Shown: piece by piece, positions 12,546-25,532 of the stretch
How the letters are laid out: the number at the start of each line of letters is the position of its first letter
Position numbering within the stretch: the first letter of the stretch is position 1
Assembly: GCF_006345805.1 (NCBI RefSeq)
Contig: NW_021836147.1
Coordinates: 41,205-105,204, forward strand
Source of the DNA: Octopus sinensis
Taxonomy: Eukaryota
DNA length: 64,000 nt
Direction: 5' to 3'
Position numbers and translations under genes: made by a program
Notes under the pieces: model-generated
What the model saw: only the letters and a program-made list of their open reading frames with translations
Database searches by the model: none
Told to the model about the DNA's origin: nothing

Positions 12546-13698
12546 ATCTTAGGTGAGTGATGCACCATGTGTCAAGAACTTAGATTCACTGCTAAACTGT
12601 CATTTGATTTTCAGGTGGAGTACTTTATTCTGGATTGCTTTAGTTTTTAAGGATTGATAGCAGATCAAAATGAAAACTTTCGGTCTTAGACTTGAGGCTA
12701 TCATTCAGTTTTAGACCATCATACTTTGTTTGATTTGGATTGCTGATTACATACAACCATGAAGAGCATAGCAGCTTGTTTATTATTAAATTCCTCATGC
12801 AAAGATCTCTACTACTAAATGCAAATCTTCTACAGTCAATAGCAATTCCAGCCACCTCTATTACAAACATTTTAGTATATTCCTGTTCATATCGGCTAAA
12901 ATTTTGTTTGATCACAACTGATTGCACAATCTGCATCAATTGAATAGACTTCTGGAACAGAGTAAATCAATCCTTCACACATATTAAACAGAATATGAGG
13001 AATTTATTTGAATACAAGTTGTTTTATCATACTTACTAAAAGCTTTATATTCAACCTGGCTTCACATCAATGCACAATTTGTTAGAATCATCAAATAATT
13101 AACATCCTTGCCATCATTTCCCCACCCTCATTCCTATCAGTAGAAGCACCATTGTTAGTATTTTCCAGATATTGTGAAAGGCATTGCCATCATCGTTCCC
13201 AACACATATTGTCATCATAATTGTCTCACTAATTCTAACCTGTGCTTCTATTATGTTAGCTCAGCCTTTGTTTATTTCATCCACTTCTATTAGTCACAAT
13301 TGATCCCAATGTTCTATACATTACTTGCGTATTTTCTAAACCATTATCTGAATGACAACCCCAATCTACTGAAATTGTATGGTATTTCTTCATATGGCTC
13401 TCACTAAATTTCTGTATTTGTTCAATTTTCCAGAATCGAAGTGAGCCAATAAGCAAGATTCTATGTGCTTGCACAACCTGCTAGAAATAGCAGTAAATCT
13501 CCTTAAATCACATTTTACTGATTTAACAAAAAGTCATTTGTGATGTTGTCTTACATGCACAAAAGACTGGGGTGGTTATATCTGCAATATTTTTGATCGT
13601 GAATCTACTTGCTCAAGGACCTGGGACAAACAGCTGCACTAACTAGACTCCCTCATAATAATGCCAAAACCCCCCAATTTTCTAAATGTCTTATTCCT

Positions 13699-13930
13699 AT
13701 TTGTTTACTACCCATAAGGTGCTAAACACAGAGAGGACAAACAAGGGCAGACTAACGGATTAAATCGATTATATCGCCCCCAGTGTGTAACTGGTACTTA
13801 ATTTATCGACCCTGAAAGGATGAAAGGCTAAGTCGGCCTCGGCGGAATTTGAACTCAGAACGTAATGGCAGACGAAATACCACTAAACATTTCGCCCGGC
13901 ATACTAACGTTTCTGCCAGCTCGCCGCCTT
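13699..13930 (-). mobile_element. SINE family B with 16-bp target-site duplication
   Basis: TAAATGTCTTATTCCT at 13683-13698 and 13931-13946; complete head GGCGGCGAGCTGGCAGAAACGTTAG on minus. Confidence 0.92.
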
Positions 13931-14874
13931 TAAATGTCTTATTCCTGTAAAGGCTTATAACTTCGTTCATACCATCTATTCTTTTAAATATGAAAGAAAC
14001 ATTTGTAAAAGCTGACAGTATTTTCTGGAAAATCTTTTGTTCCAATAGATTGATCAAATTTATCATTAAATATAGAAAACAAGAAATATGACGAATGGCA
14101 ACTTCAGCATTTTGCAAAGGAAATAATTACCACTTTGCTTTTTACCTCAAATAAATGTTCTGTTCAAAGAATATTTTACACAAGGGAGTTTTTATAAATA
14201 AACTTTCAGTATTTTAACTGAAAATTCATGTGGTTGAATTCACAATTTAATCAAATTTACATGTAGAACAAAACAGTGTTAAGAAATGAACAAAGAAAGA
14301 GAATGAAATGTTTCCTTCTTTGCTGTAAGAAACGTTGCAATTTACATTGCAAGCAAACAAATATTGAGTTAATATTTTCATAAGAAAGTTTGTGTCACTA
14401 TTTCAGTAAGTTATGATAAATATTACAGTATATATTGTAAAGAATAAGAAAACTATTGCCATATTGGTATTGGAATACTATTGTCAAGAGACAAGTGGAC
14501 ATTTATGCATGAATTAATTTGATATGGTGTATAAATATAACTACACAGTTCTTGACAAGGGCAGGTCATTTACTTCATTCTTGTCATTGATATACTGGTG
14601 CTTGTAGATAAGAGTTAATCTGTCATTACAACAATATTGTAAGCTACATAACAGACTATCATTTATTCTTTTAGATTAACACTTAGCTGTAATATTTCCA
14701 TTTTAGCTTGCTTTCTATTTTCTTTCTCAGTATCTCAATGTAGTTCTGGAAGTAAGATTTGAACTCCTAAATAAACAAGAAAGCATATATTACCCATTTA
14801 ATAATACCTTTATATTTCGTTTTGGGGATTTGGTTTGCAAGATTCTTTATATGAGTTCGTGTGTTGAAGCATAG

Positions 14875-15219
14875 TCTGTTGTGTCTGGGGAGAGTCATTT
14901 TCTTTTTGTGCCTTATAATGTAAAATTTCCACTTTTTTGGTGCTCTCCTTTCTGAGCGGCTTGATTGGTATTAAATCAACACATGTGACCGCCTGGCCCA
15001 GAGAGCCTTGGTTGTAGCAGAAACGACTGGCAGACGACATGGCAAACAAACATGGTAAAATTTCCACTTTTTTCTTATTTTTATTTTCCTAAAATTTTCG
15101 TTGCATCTTGCAACGAAAAGTTTAAGAAAATAAAAATAACAAAAAAGTGGAAATTTTACTGGTGAGTGTGTTAAATTATAAGGCACAAAAAGAAAATGAC
15201 TCTCCCCAGACACAACAGA
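14875..15219. repeat. nested inverted-repeat (foldback/MITE-like) structure
   Basis: Perfect 45-bp outer arms (14875-14919 / 15175-15219) and an inner 105-bp palindrome (15055-15159). Confidence 0.85.
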
Positions 15220-15499
15220 ATACCTTTATAGTTATTCAGAAACTGTAGATTCTAACATAACAAGACACACAATAACCACAAGATGATGATTTAATAGGCA
15301 CAGTCATGCCCATGTGGTTGAGAAGCTCACCTTGAACCCATATAGTTTTGTGTTCAGTTCTACTGCTCTGCACCTTGAACAAGTGACTTCTACTACAGTT
15401 CCAGGCCAGCCAATAGCTTGTGAGCGAATTTTATTGACAAACATTGTATAGAAGCCTATCATACCCACATACATATCATATCAAGGTTCTGTGAATAAA

Positions 15500-15790
15500 G
15501 ACAGTGACCCGAGAATATAATGCCAGATTTAGAAAAATATGGCAGTCGAAACTCTTTTCTTACAAGACAATATCTCACAATGCATCTGCAGCACCAGTGT
15601 TAATTCCAATAATTGGGGTACTTTATCGGTCTGTAGAAGAGATCCACTTCATAGACGTTAAAACCAGCATGATACTGACATCAACCAGAAATTTCCACAG
15701 AAATAGTGATATCAACGGGCTCTACTGAAGAGGGGATAAAGGAAATAGAGTCTTGATATTAGTGCAGACATCCTTCAAATAAGCAACAAC
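15500..15790 (+). mobile_element. decayed R4/Dong-like non-LTR RT C-terminal fragment
   Basis: RKIWQSKL..NASAAPVL..GVLYRSVEEIHFIDVKTSMILTSTRNFHRNSDINGLY resembles the R4/Dong motif K..KS.LN..N...A.PV..Y..G...W...E...ID.KTRK.LT....FH..SD..RLY (recalled, not aligned). Confidence 0.5.
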
Positions 15791-16274
15791 AGCAAAAATA
15801 AATACATTAACTTAGTGCTGAAAAATGAAGGGAACTATATCTTACTTGTTGGCAGTGAGCTGATATAAAATATTTAACGAAAGAAACTAATGTGGCTGGT
15901 AGATGTTGGCTACTATTGTTAGTTGAGCTAATTTGCTAACTGCTAGAAGCTGTATCTGATTACTGAAGTTAAGAGCTGACTGTTATTTCTAGCGTCGGAG
16001 GTCAACAGTTGTGCATAGAAGAAAGCGACGAAATCTGGTGAGATTTACACAAACTTTATCTCTGGTTGAGAGAGGCTGAATGTGATTGTGTTTGGTTTAA
16101 CGGATAGAAATAGTACTACGACAAATGTTTAGAGACTAAATGTTATTGAAATAGTATTAAGATAAAAGTTGAGAGAGTTTGAGTGATATTATAACTGAAA
16201 TAGTATCAGAAAAGTTACTGCTAGTCATTGTATTACCGGGGATAGTTTGTCATGGTGATATCAGCTAGGTTCAG

Positions 16275-16405
16275 CCGCTGCTCATGTCTGTTCGCCATGT
16301 CGTCTGCCAGTCGTCTCTGCTACAACCAAGGCTCTCTGAGTCGGGTGGTCACATGTGTTGATTTAATAGCGATCGAGAGGCTCAGAAGGGTGAGCACCAA
16401 AAATT
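16275..16405. repeat. inverted copy of 14930-15054
   Basis: CCATGTCGTCTGCCAGTCGTCTCTGCTACAACCAAGGCTCTCTG..GGTCACATGTGTTGATTTAATA is the reverse complement of the segment inside the 14.9-kb foldback. Confidence 0.8.
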
Positions 16406-16870
16406 GATATCAGTCGCTGGAGCCATTTTCCACATGAAGTCGCAATTGGCCAGATACCTGTTGATCAAGTGGGCAATATTCCAGTGAATCTCAACATTCT
16501 GGTGAATGATGAATATTCTCACTACTTTAATAAGCAAGGATTGTAAAAGAAGATGGGTATTCGCATATGTAGAATATCCTTCTAATTTAGTGACAAAAAT
16601 AAGACAAGTCTTTTCGGACATGAGAAAAACGTATAAAAATTTATTTTCTAAAGTTTCAAAAATCAGACAAACTAGAAACTGGAACTAAATTTTAAATTTT
16701 TGGCAAATCAGCCGATGGAAAAAGTGACTGACCAGTACGTGATCAATTCATGAAAAGAATGGGTAGCTTGAGAAAGAGGAAGAAGGTACTTTGATGCCTT
16801 GTGAAGTAGGAGAGAATGTAAGTTGGGAAAGCACTGGTGTGTTCAGAGAAAGATAGAAAGTGTGAAAGAG

Positions 16871-17100
<230 letters not shown>

Positions 17101-17848
17101 GGGAAGTGTGTATGAGTTAGTGTCTGACTGACAGAGCTGTTTCAGAAGAATAAAAAACAGAGTTGGGAATGATGAAACGAAAAGAGGAATAGATAAAATG
17201 TTAGAGATAAATAGGTATAAAGTAGGAAGCAAAGTAGAAAAATGCAATGATAGAAAGATAAATGGATGCAAGCATTGAAAGAAAAGTACGTATAAGGAGA
17301 GAAAAAATGACAAAGATAATTATCTAGTGAAAATGCTCGATAGAGAAAGCTATAGAAAAGTAAGTGTAAAGAAATAAGAATAAATAGGTTGGTAGATGTG
17401 TAGAGACAGAAAGATAGATAGGGAGCGATAGAGAAACGATAGATAGGAAGATAGATTGATATAGAGAATGAGGGGGAAAATAGAAAGATTAACAGAGATC
17501 GTACGAACGGAGGAAGGATAATGCGCGTTTTGACCTCGCGAAAAGGACTGATTTTAACGAACCAGGAAATGAGAAATAACCGGACTGATCGATTCAGAAA
17601 AAAGAATAGGTAGTTGGGAAAACAGGAAGGTTACATGGTGCCTTTTGAGAGGAGAGAGAAAAAGGGTATCAGTGGGTTGAGAGAAAGATAACGAGTGAGA
17701 GAGAGAGGAAGGATTATTGCAGAGATAAAACAGAGTAGGGAGTGGAGTGAAACGAAAAGCGTCATGGAAGGATGAGTAGATGGGTAAATAGAGAGAAGAC
17801 TAAATGGATGTAACTGTAGAGTGAAAGGCATAAAACGATAGAGATTAA

Positions 17849-17882
<34 letters not shown>

Positions 17883-17887
<5 letters not shown>

Positions 17888-18170
17888 AGAAATATTGAAT
17901 TTCTAAATCTCTCGTAGAGACATGTACGGTGGTGGGGCGATAGAATGGTTGTATACTGTCAATCTAACAAGAACGTGAGAGTAGGAGGTACACCACCGTT
18001 GTATAGCCCTAGGAGGCATCGAACGCCTCCTGACAGCTTCGACACATGTATATAAGGACACAGGAAAAAAATGTGTCGAAGCTGTCAGGAGGCGTTCGAT
18101 GCCTCCTAGGGCTATACAACGGTGGTGTACCCCCTACTGTCACGTTCTTGTTAGATTGACAGTATACAAC

Positions 18171-18174
<4 letters not shown>
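17883..18174. mobile_element. unclassified young repeat with a 104-bp inverted duplication
   Basis: Arms 17944-18047 and 18071-18174 (2 mismatches), 23-nt spacer, (TA)n on both sides. A near-identical non-inverted copy starts at about 25005. Confidence 0.85.
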
Positions 18175-18201
<27 letters not shown>

Positions 18202-18316
18202 GTAATCACTTGACTATCGTAGGTGTTACGTTCCAAACCACCCCATGATTGGTAAAAATCTGCAAAGTAGAATCAGTACTGTACTGTATATTTTTCATTA
18301 TTTTTTATAATTTGTA

Positions 18317-18558
18317 CATCATCATCATCATCGTTTAACGTCCATTTTCCATGCTAGCATGGGTTGGACGGTTCGACCGGGGTCTGGGAAGCCAGGAGGC
18401 TGCACCAGGCTCCAGTCTGATCTGGCAGTGTTTCTACAGCTCGATGCCCTTCCTAACACCTTGAGTGTAGTGGGTGCTTTTTCGTGCCACCGGCACAGGG
18501 GCCAGAGGAGGCAGGCAACGGTCACGATTGGTTGGTGCTTTTTACGTGCCACCGGCAC
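18317..18558 (-). mobile_element. repeat family E (SINE-like or RTE 3' end with (GAT)n tail)
   Basis: (CAT)n followed by CGTTTAACGTCC..CATGCTAGCATGGGTTGG; second copy at 60593-60787. Confidence 0.75.
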
Positions 18559-18752
18559 GTATATATTAATTTTATTTTTATAATTCGTATATATTTATTT
18601 TATTATTTTATTATATTCAAGCTTTTATAAACTCTCCGCACGCGCTAACTTGAACGCTAAGTTCACGAGCAGGCTGTTCCTTTGATCAGATCAAGTGGAA
18701 CCCTCATCGTGGTAACCGTCGGAGTGCCAGTTCAGTTACAAGCAAATTATCA

Positions 18753-19105
18753 TCTTCTCTCTATATATAAACGGCAGTTTGCCTGTGTGTCTGTTAGGTT
18801 GTACCCTCACCCTGACCACGGCTTTTAACCGATTCTGATGAAACTTGACACACACATAGCCCGATGTCATAATTCAAAACTAACGTTCCCCCAGTTCTGA
18901 AAAAAATCGATAAATTCGACATGGGGTCGAGAATCAGGAACACAAACCACAGACTGTCTAGGGGACGCAACTCGACCTTTTTTACTCTCAAAAAATTTAG
19001 CATAATTTTTTTTCCATTTTTTTGCTATTTTTGGCTATAACTCTCTAAAAATGCTTTATAGTTATTTCCCTTACAAACCCGAGCAACGCCGGGCGATACT
19101 GCTAG
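18753..19105 (+). mobile_element. non-autonomous Helitron-like element
   Basis: A|TC..CTATATATAAACGGCA 5' end, subterminal hairpin CCCG-AGCAACGC-CGGG, 3' CTAG|T, no TSD. Confidence 0.7.
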
Positions 19106-20446
19106 TTAACGATAAAACTAGCACAGTTTAAAAACAAAAACAAAACAAAAATATTTTAATAACAAAAACAAAAACGGGGAAAAAATAGATTTAGTATCTA
19201 AGCTGGTGAGGGCGTCTTAGGTCTAATGCAGTGAGATGAACAGCATGGTCACTCAGCAGGTGATAGATACTGTATTTTTCAGTACACAAGTCGAGTCTTT
19301 CAGACCTATATTTACAGCCGAAAGAGTTGGATCGACTTATATGCCAGAACGACTTTGGAGGACGAAAGATTCGTTAAATGCAATAGGATTCGGAAAAGCA
19401 GTGACAATGTTTGAATGTTTGCACTACATTTTTACACTATATACATAACTATGTAGGAAAATATGGTATGTAATTTGAGACTTGACTGTGGGATTGTTAT
19501 TTTTTAGTCATTTATTAATGTACGGAAAGGCAGCAACTATGATTCATAATTTTTTTCAGAGCCTTTCAGATGAAGAAAGAAGGATGAAATTGTTTACAAA
19601 TGCCGCGAAATGAACACCAGTAAAACTTCACTCCGTTTTAGTCCCGGTGGTGGTCTAAAAGTAGGTGAAAGATTAACATTGCCACAAAGAAACTTAGAAT
19701 ACAAAGAGCCTGAACATATGTCGTAAGATATCATTGGAGATTGTAGATTGGTTTGTTATTTTACCACCCGAGAAAGAATAATAATCATAATTTTGCAAAC
19801 ATGAACACATACACACACATAAATATAAGTCATGCGTGTGTATATAAATGTGTGTGTGTGTGTGTGTGTTTGTGTGTGTATGTATATAAATTAGAGAAGA
19901 ACCACCATGTAGCAATTCATGAATGATATAATTAAATCATACCATATAGAAAAAAATTAAATATACGATAAAACATTTACCTAGAACTAAATAAAGTACA
20001 AAATAATAAATAAATAGTATATAATTATATACGGTTATCAATTTGTGCTGCAAAATTCCTGATGTGAAATCGTGTGTTGAATCCGATAGTGTCGTATTTT
20101 GGGATGGTCATGTTTTTTTTGGGTTTTTTTAAATAAACACAGGCACTATAGATCTTTTCATCACTCGTTTATTACTGTTCTTATTTTATTATTTTAACAC
20201 ATGTCCATACATACATACACACACGCACACACCATTTGTCGAGTAAATATACTACAGCGAAATAGCCTTCCTGTCACCAACCTTCAACTGTTTCCAAAGT
20301 AATATTCTTCAATGGCACGACGTGTCTTTCATGGAATAATAAACACAGATAACATCACTTGTGTGTCGATTTAGCTCGTTTATAACCTCCACGTTATATC
20401 AAAGCAAGGCTGCATGCAAACACACACACACGCACATCTCTCTATC

Positions 20447-20513
<67 letters not shown>

Positions 20514-20601
20514 AGAGTTTACGAAAATAAACAAAAGACGAAGGCAGGTGGTGTACAAAACAAACAGATGTATTAGTATAACGCTCAGGAATAGAAAAAG
20601 T

Positions 20602-20637
20602 CTTTTACGTTTCGAGCCTACGCTCTTCTACAGAAAG
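20602..20637 (-). ncRNA. minimal type I hammerhead-like motif with an A6U change
   Basis: CUUU-CUGUAGA-A-GAGC-GUAG-GCUC-GAAA-CGU-A-AAAG: 4-bp stem I, 4-bp stem II, palindromic ACGU in place of stem III. Confidence 0.55.
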
Positions 20638-21001
20638 GGACACAGAGAAAAACAAGGAGAGAAACAAGGAGACAAAAAATGTGTGTAGTGGCTAACGATC
20701 TATCATGGTGACTCATATATATATATATAAAGGTAAGCAGAGTAAGTGGTTGGAATAACTGTCTAAGGGATAAGAATATCCGTTCTTACTACCGGTATCA
20801 CCTACCTATGCTATCCCTGGGCATAGGTATGCAAGCACTCTATGCTCATAGGGTACAGGTAATAACTGAATAAACAAAAGTTTATCAGGAATAACAGAAA
20901 ATGGAGTAAACTTTTGATCAACAAATTGACCAACGTCGGTTAATTAATTTTTAATCCAAAACATGACATAATATATATGGGTGTGTGTGTAATTTGTTTT
21001 T

Positions 21002-21215
21002 TCTTTTACATGCTTTAGCCATTTGACTGCGGGCATGCTGGAGCACCGCCTTTAGTCGAGCAAATCGACCCCAGAGCTTATTCTGTGTATGCATAGTACT
21101 TATTCTATCGATCTCTTGTGCCGAACCGCTAGTTTACGGGGACGTAAACACACCAGCATCAGTTGTCAAGTTATGTTGGAGGGGGACAAACACGGACACA
21201 CAAACAAACACACAC

Positions 21216-21252
<37 letters not shown>

Positions 21253-21336
21253 CATATGCGACGGGCTTCTTCCAGTTTCCGTCTACCAAATTCACTCACA
21301 AGGCTTTGGTTGGCCCGAGGCTATAAGAGAAGACAC
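21002..21336 (-). mobile_element. SINE family A (minus), lacking the tRNA head
   Basis: Reverse complement of the family A body and tail. Confidence 0.85.
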
Positions 21337-21345
21337 ATATATATA

Positions 21346-21508
21346 GGCGCAGGAGTGGCTGTATGGTAAGTAGCTTACTTACCAACCACATGGTTCAGGG
21401 TTCAGTCCCACTGCGTGGCACCTTGAGCAAGTGTCTTCTACTATAGCCTCGGGCCGACCAAAGCCTTGTGAATGGATTTGGTAGATGGAAACTGAAAGAA
21501 GTCCGTCG

Positions 21509-21542
<34 letters not shown>

Positions 21543-21784
21543 TGTATGTATGTATGTATGTGTATGTATGTATGTATGTGTATATATGTTTGTGTGTCTG
21601 TATTTGTCCCCGCAGCATCGCTTGACAACCGATTCTGATGTGTTTACGTCCCCGTAACCTAGCGGTTCGGCAAAAAAGACTGATAGAATACGTACAAGGC
21701 TTACAAAGAATAAGTTCTGGGGTTGATTTGCTCGATTAAAGGCGGCGCGCTCCAGCATGGCCGCAGTCAAATGACTGAAACAAG
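21346..21784 (+). mobile_element. SINE family A, full-length
   Basis: Head, expanded (TATG)n centre and tail all present; (TA)n on both sides. Confidence 0.9.
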
Positions 21785-21827
<43 letters not shown>

Positions 21828-22448
21828 CACACATACACACGCACCCGTGTGTTTGTGTCTGTGTGTTAGTGCAAAGCAAAGTTTATCCCAGAAGGATTCA
21901 AACTCGAGGTGCTGAAAGCTGGAACACGTGCCACAAGCCATTTCAGATATCACTCTAACTCAGATAATTACCTACACACGACCAAGTCGCTGTTCTTATT
22001 GCTATTTTATAACTCAAGTTGATGTTTATAGTATTTAATATCTTTTCTCATTTATTTTTCTGTAATATCATGCATTATATTGATCCAAAAATTCATGATT
22101 TATAGATTTTATTTCAATAAGGGCATTTACTGCCTGTTAAATACTTTATAGCAAGTAACTTGACAGGTTATTGTGCGTTATATCATATTTCATAGAATTT
22201 GCGTAAGATGAACAAAAGGTCTTTCTTAATGACCCTATACAATGTCAGCTGAAGGTATTCAATGATCAATAGGTGGACAGACATTAAATACTGTAGAGGT
22301 ACCAGTGGGGACTAATTACTATCTGAAGTTTTAATTATAATTAGTTTTGTCATTGATATATGTGTGTGTTTGTGCATACGCGTGCGTGTGTGTATGCATA
22401 CATATATAAATAAATATGTATGTATGTATATATATATATATGTCTGAT

Positions 22449-22501
<53 letters not shown>

Positions 22502-22859
22502 TCGAGCGCGTGTGTCTGTGTGCGTGCTCACGCATGTTTAGATAAATATAGTGAAGATCGTTGAAGATAGGTTTAATGATACCCCCTTTTTCTTTTAAAT
22601 TTGTTATGAAGTACAGCAGTTCCCTCCTCATTCTCTCATTTACATCTGATGGCCACTTTGAAAGGAGCTGTAACTAGGAAGATGAGAACGATAGTGCAAG
22701 TGATATACCAGGTATGCCAAAATGCCTGGTGTGAAGGAGGGAAAAATCCATCAAAGAACTTGCTACAAGTCAGTGATAGACTGCAGCAGAACTGGAAAGA
22801 GAGCTAAAGCACCCGAAGGAAAGAGGGAAGAAGATGACGAAGGGAAAGTTGCCTTAAAG

Positions 22860-22924
22860 CAACTAAGCTCAGGGTTACGGAAAAATCAGCTCCAACTTCG
22901 TAGGGCCGATTCACTTTGGAAAAA

Positions 22925-22964
<40 letters not shown>

Positions 22965-23830
22965 CGAGGCGAAAACAGAAAACACCTTTTTCAACAACTC
23001 CTTCCTATTCGTACCTGACCTTACAGGAAAATCTAAAAGTATATCTTTTGATATCTTTTTAGGAAGTCGTGGCGAGAAGAGTAGTAGCAGTGTTAGATGG
23101 TCCCAGAAAAATTATTCCATTGGGAGACTGTTGCTTCCTATTGCCAACATTCAAACGTCACCCCACTTTCAATATGGCAGGCTTTACTTTCAACGAAGTG
23201 AGGGCATTAGTGGCAAAATGTCTGACAGGATCTGCCTCAGGACTATTTGATGTTTGGCCACCGAGTAAGGACATCGTCACGAGTACTCAGTACGGGAGTG
23301 GGCTCACAATCTACTGTGGATGCCTTGAACATAGATCGGCAATCAGTCACCTTATCAAGAAGGCAAAGACGAATAACACCACATTCTCAGTTGTAACATT
23401 AGATTTCGCTAAAGCCAACTCGAATGTGCCCCACCAGTTAATTTATAATATATTGCAGCACCATCAAGTACTAACAGCAGTAGATCAAGCACGCAATGTT
23501 GCACATGGAGCCACTGAAAATGGGATTCACAGCAGGAAATTTCACTACCAGATGGCAGAGTTTGATAAATGGCATTAGGGCGGGGTAAGCATTATCCGTG
23601 AACTTATTAGTAGTGGCCATGAACCTACTGCTAGACACAGGAAGAAAACATTCGATAGAACCAGAAATTGGCGTCAACAGAATGTATCCGGTCTCAAAGA
23701 TCTTCATAGATTACAGATCTCTCATAACACAATCTGTCTAAAGGACGCTGTGGATTCTGAGCTCGATGGAAAAGGTAGCCGTACGGCCATGTATCAATTT
23801 CTGTTGAAAAGAAAGACGAATGGAAGTGAT
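22860..23830 (+). mobile_element. decayed RLE-type non-LTR retrotransposon (HERO/NeSL-like) RT fragment
   Basis: QLRRAD..., FNM..FTFNEVRALVAK..GSASG, CLEHRSAISHLIKKAK....SVVTLDFAKANSNVPHQLI and LSVNLLVVAMNLL are colinear with RT motifs of this group (DLANAYGSIPHKL type, recalled). Confidence 0.65.
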
Positions 23831-24523
23831 ACTATTAAAGACTATTAAGTGAGAAGAATGCTCGGGAGAAAGAGGTTTTTACCAACGTGGAGCAGAGGAA
23901 CCCGCTATTCCAGTTGACCGCAGTATAACAAGTAAAGAAATTAAACTTATGAAAAGTACAGGAAACCACTGGACTATCATGTATTTCTACTGAAATGCTT
24001 AAGGTATCTGGTGGCGTAGGATACGGTCTAGCTATCTGTATGGTCATGCAAGTTTTACCGGAAAATGTTTTACCCAATGACTTTCGTAGCAACACTGTAG
24101 CCAACTGAAGGGTAAAGAAAAAGGCTTAGGGAAAAGTAATTCCAAAGGTATAACATTACTAGTCTAGGTCATAAAAGTTACTGATAAATTCAATACTCAA
24201 TTATGATAAGAATTAGTGTAGATGATATGTAGTTCAGTTTAATGCCAAGAAGTACAAGTGAAGTTCAGTTCTTGTTGTGACAACTTCAGACGTATTTTGC
24301 TAAAGGTAAACCACTATACTTGATAAGTTAGTTTATATTTTAAATCAAATTTACTGATAGAGAAACTTAATGCTAAATTAGTGTCAAATTTATTAGGAAT
24401 TTCTTCTTAACTCAGTCACCATATTTCCCCCAACGGCTTACTCAATCAGAAAGATAAGCATTTCACTTTAAATAAGAAAGCAGGTGAAAAGATTCTTTAA
24501 ATCAGAAGTTGTACTCAAATAGT

Positions 24524-24862
24524 GATGGAAGCACTCCGTCGGTTACGACGACGAGGGTTCCGGTTGATCCGATCAACGGAACAGCCTGCTCGTGAAATTA
24601 ACGTAGTTCTCGGGGATATTCAGCGTGATACAGAGAGTGACAAGGCCGGCCCTTTGAAATACAGGTACAACAGAAACAGGAAGTAAGAGTAAGTTGTGGT
24701 GAAAGAGTACAGCAGGAATCACCACCATCCCCTGCCGGAGCCTCGTGGAACTTTTAGGTGTTTTCGCTCAATAAACACTCACAACGCCCGGTCTGGGAAT
24801 CGAAACCGCGATCCTATGACCGCGAGTCCGCTGCCCTAACCACTGGGCCATTGCGCCTCCAC
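24524..24862 (-). mobile_element. SINE family C with 11-bp TSD
   Basis: ACTCAAATAGT at 24513-24523 and 24863-24873; tRNA-like head GTGGAGGCGCAATGGCCCAGTGGTTAGGGCAGCGGACTCGCGG..GGTTTCGATTCC. Confidence 0.92.
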
Positions 24863-25004
24863 ACTCAAATAGTAAGCTATCATTGTTAAATTCTTGGTAA
24901 CAGCAACTTTATATATACGCCCAAAGGTCAGAAAACAAATTCAAAATATTTGGTACAGGAGTGGAAATGCACAGAGTTTGAAAGGAAAAGGAAAACAGAA
25001 AAAT

Positions 25005-25330
25005 ATATAAGAAATATTGAATTTCTAAATCTCTCGTAGAGACATGTACGGTGGTGGGGCGATAGAATGGTTGTATACTGTCAATCTAACAAGAACGTGA
25101 CAGTAGGGGGTACACCACCGCTGTATAGCCCTAGGAGGCATCGAACGCCTCCTGATAGCTTTGACACAGTTTTTCCCTTACGAAGGGGAGACAAACACCC
25201 CCGGCTGCCGGAACTGCAAAATATATTAAAAACTAAAACGATTAAAAAACAATCAATTAGTGAATTAAAACAGTGTGATTAAACCAAAGCTAAAAATAAA
25301 GGAATAAAATCAGTAATCAGTCCAATGGGA
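25005..25330. mobile_element. second copy of the 17.9-kb repeat, without the inversion
   Basis: About 160 bp nearly identical to 17883-18046, then continuing into additional sequence. Confidence 0.8.
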
Positions 25331-25532
25331 AAAAATCAAGGAAATTAGCTTGGAAGGTTTTAACTCCACTTGTTAAATTAACTAAAATAAAACACTGGAA
25401 AATTTTATTTTTTCATTAGTCTACGTGCTAAATTATTTATGCGTGTATGTGTGTCTACACATACATACAGACACATATATGTTTGGAATTTAAATGCATG
25501 ATTTTACGTGGTTGTTTGTTTTTAGAAATATA

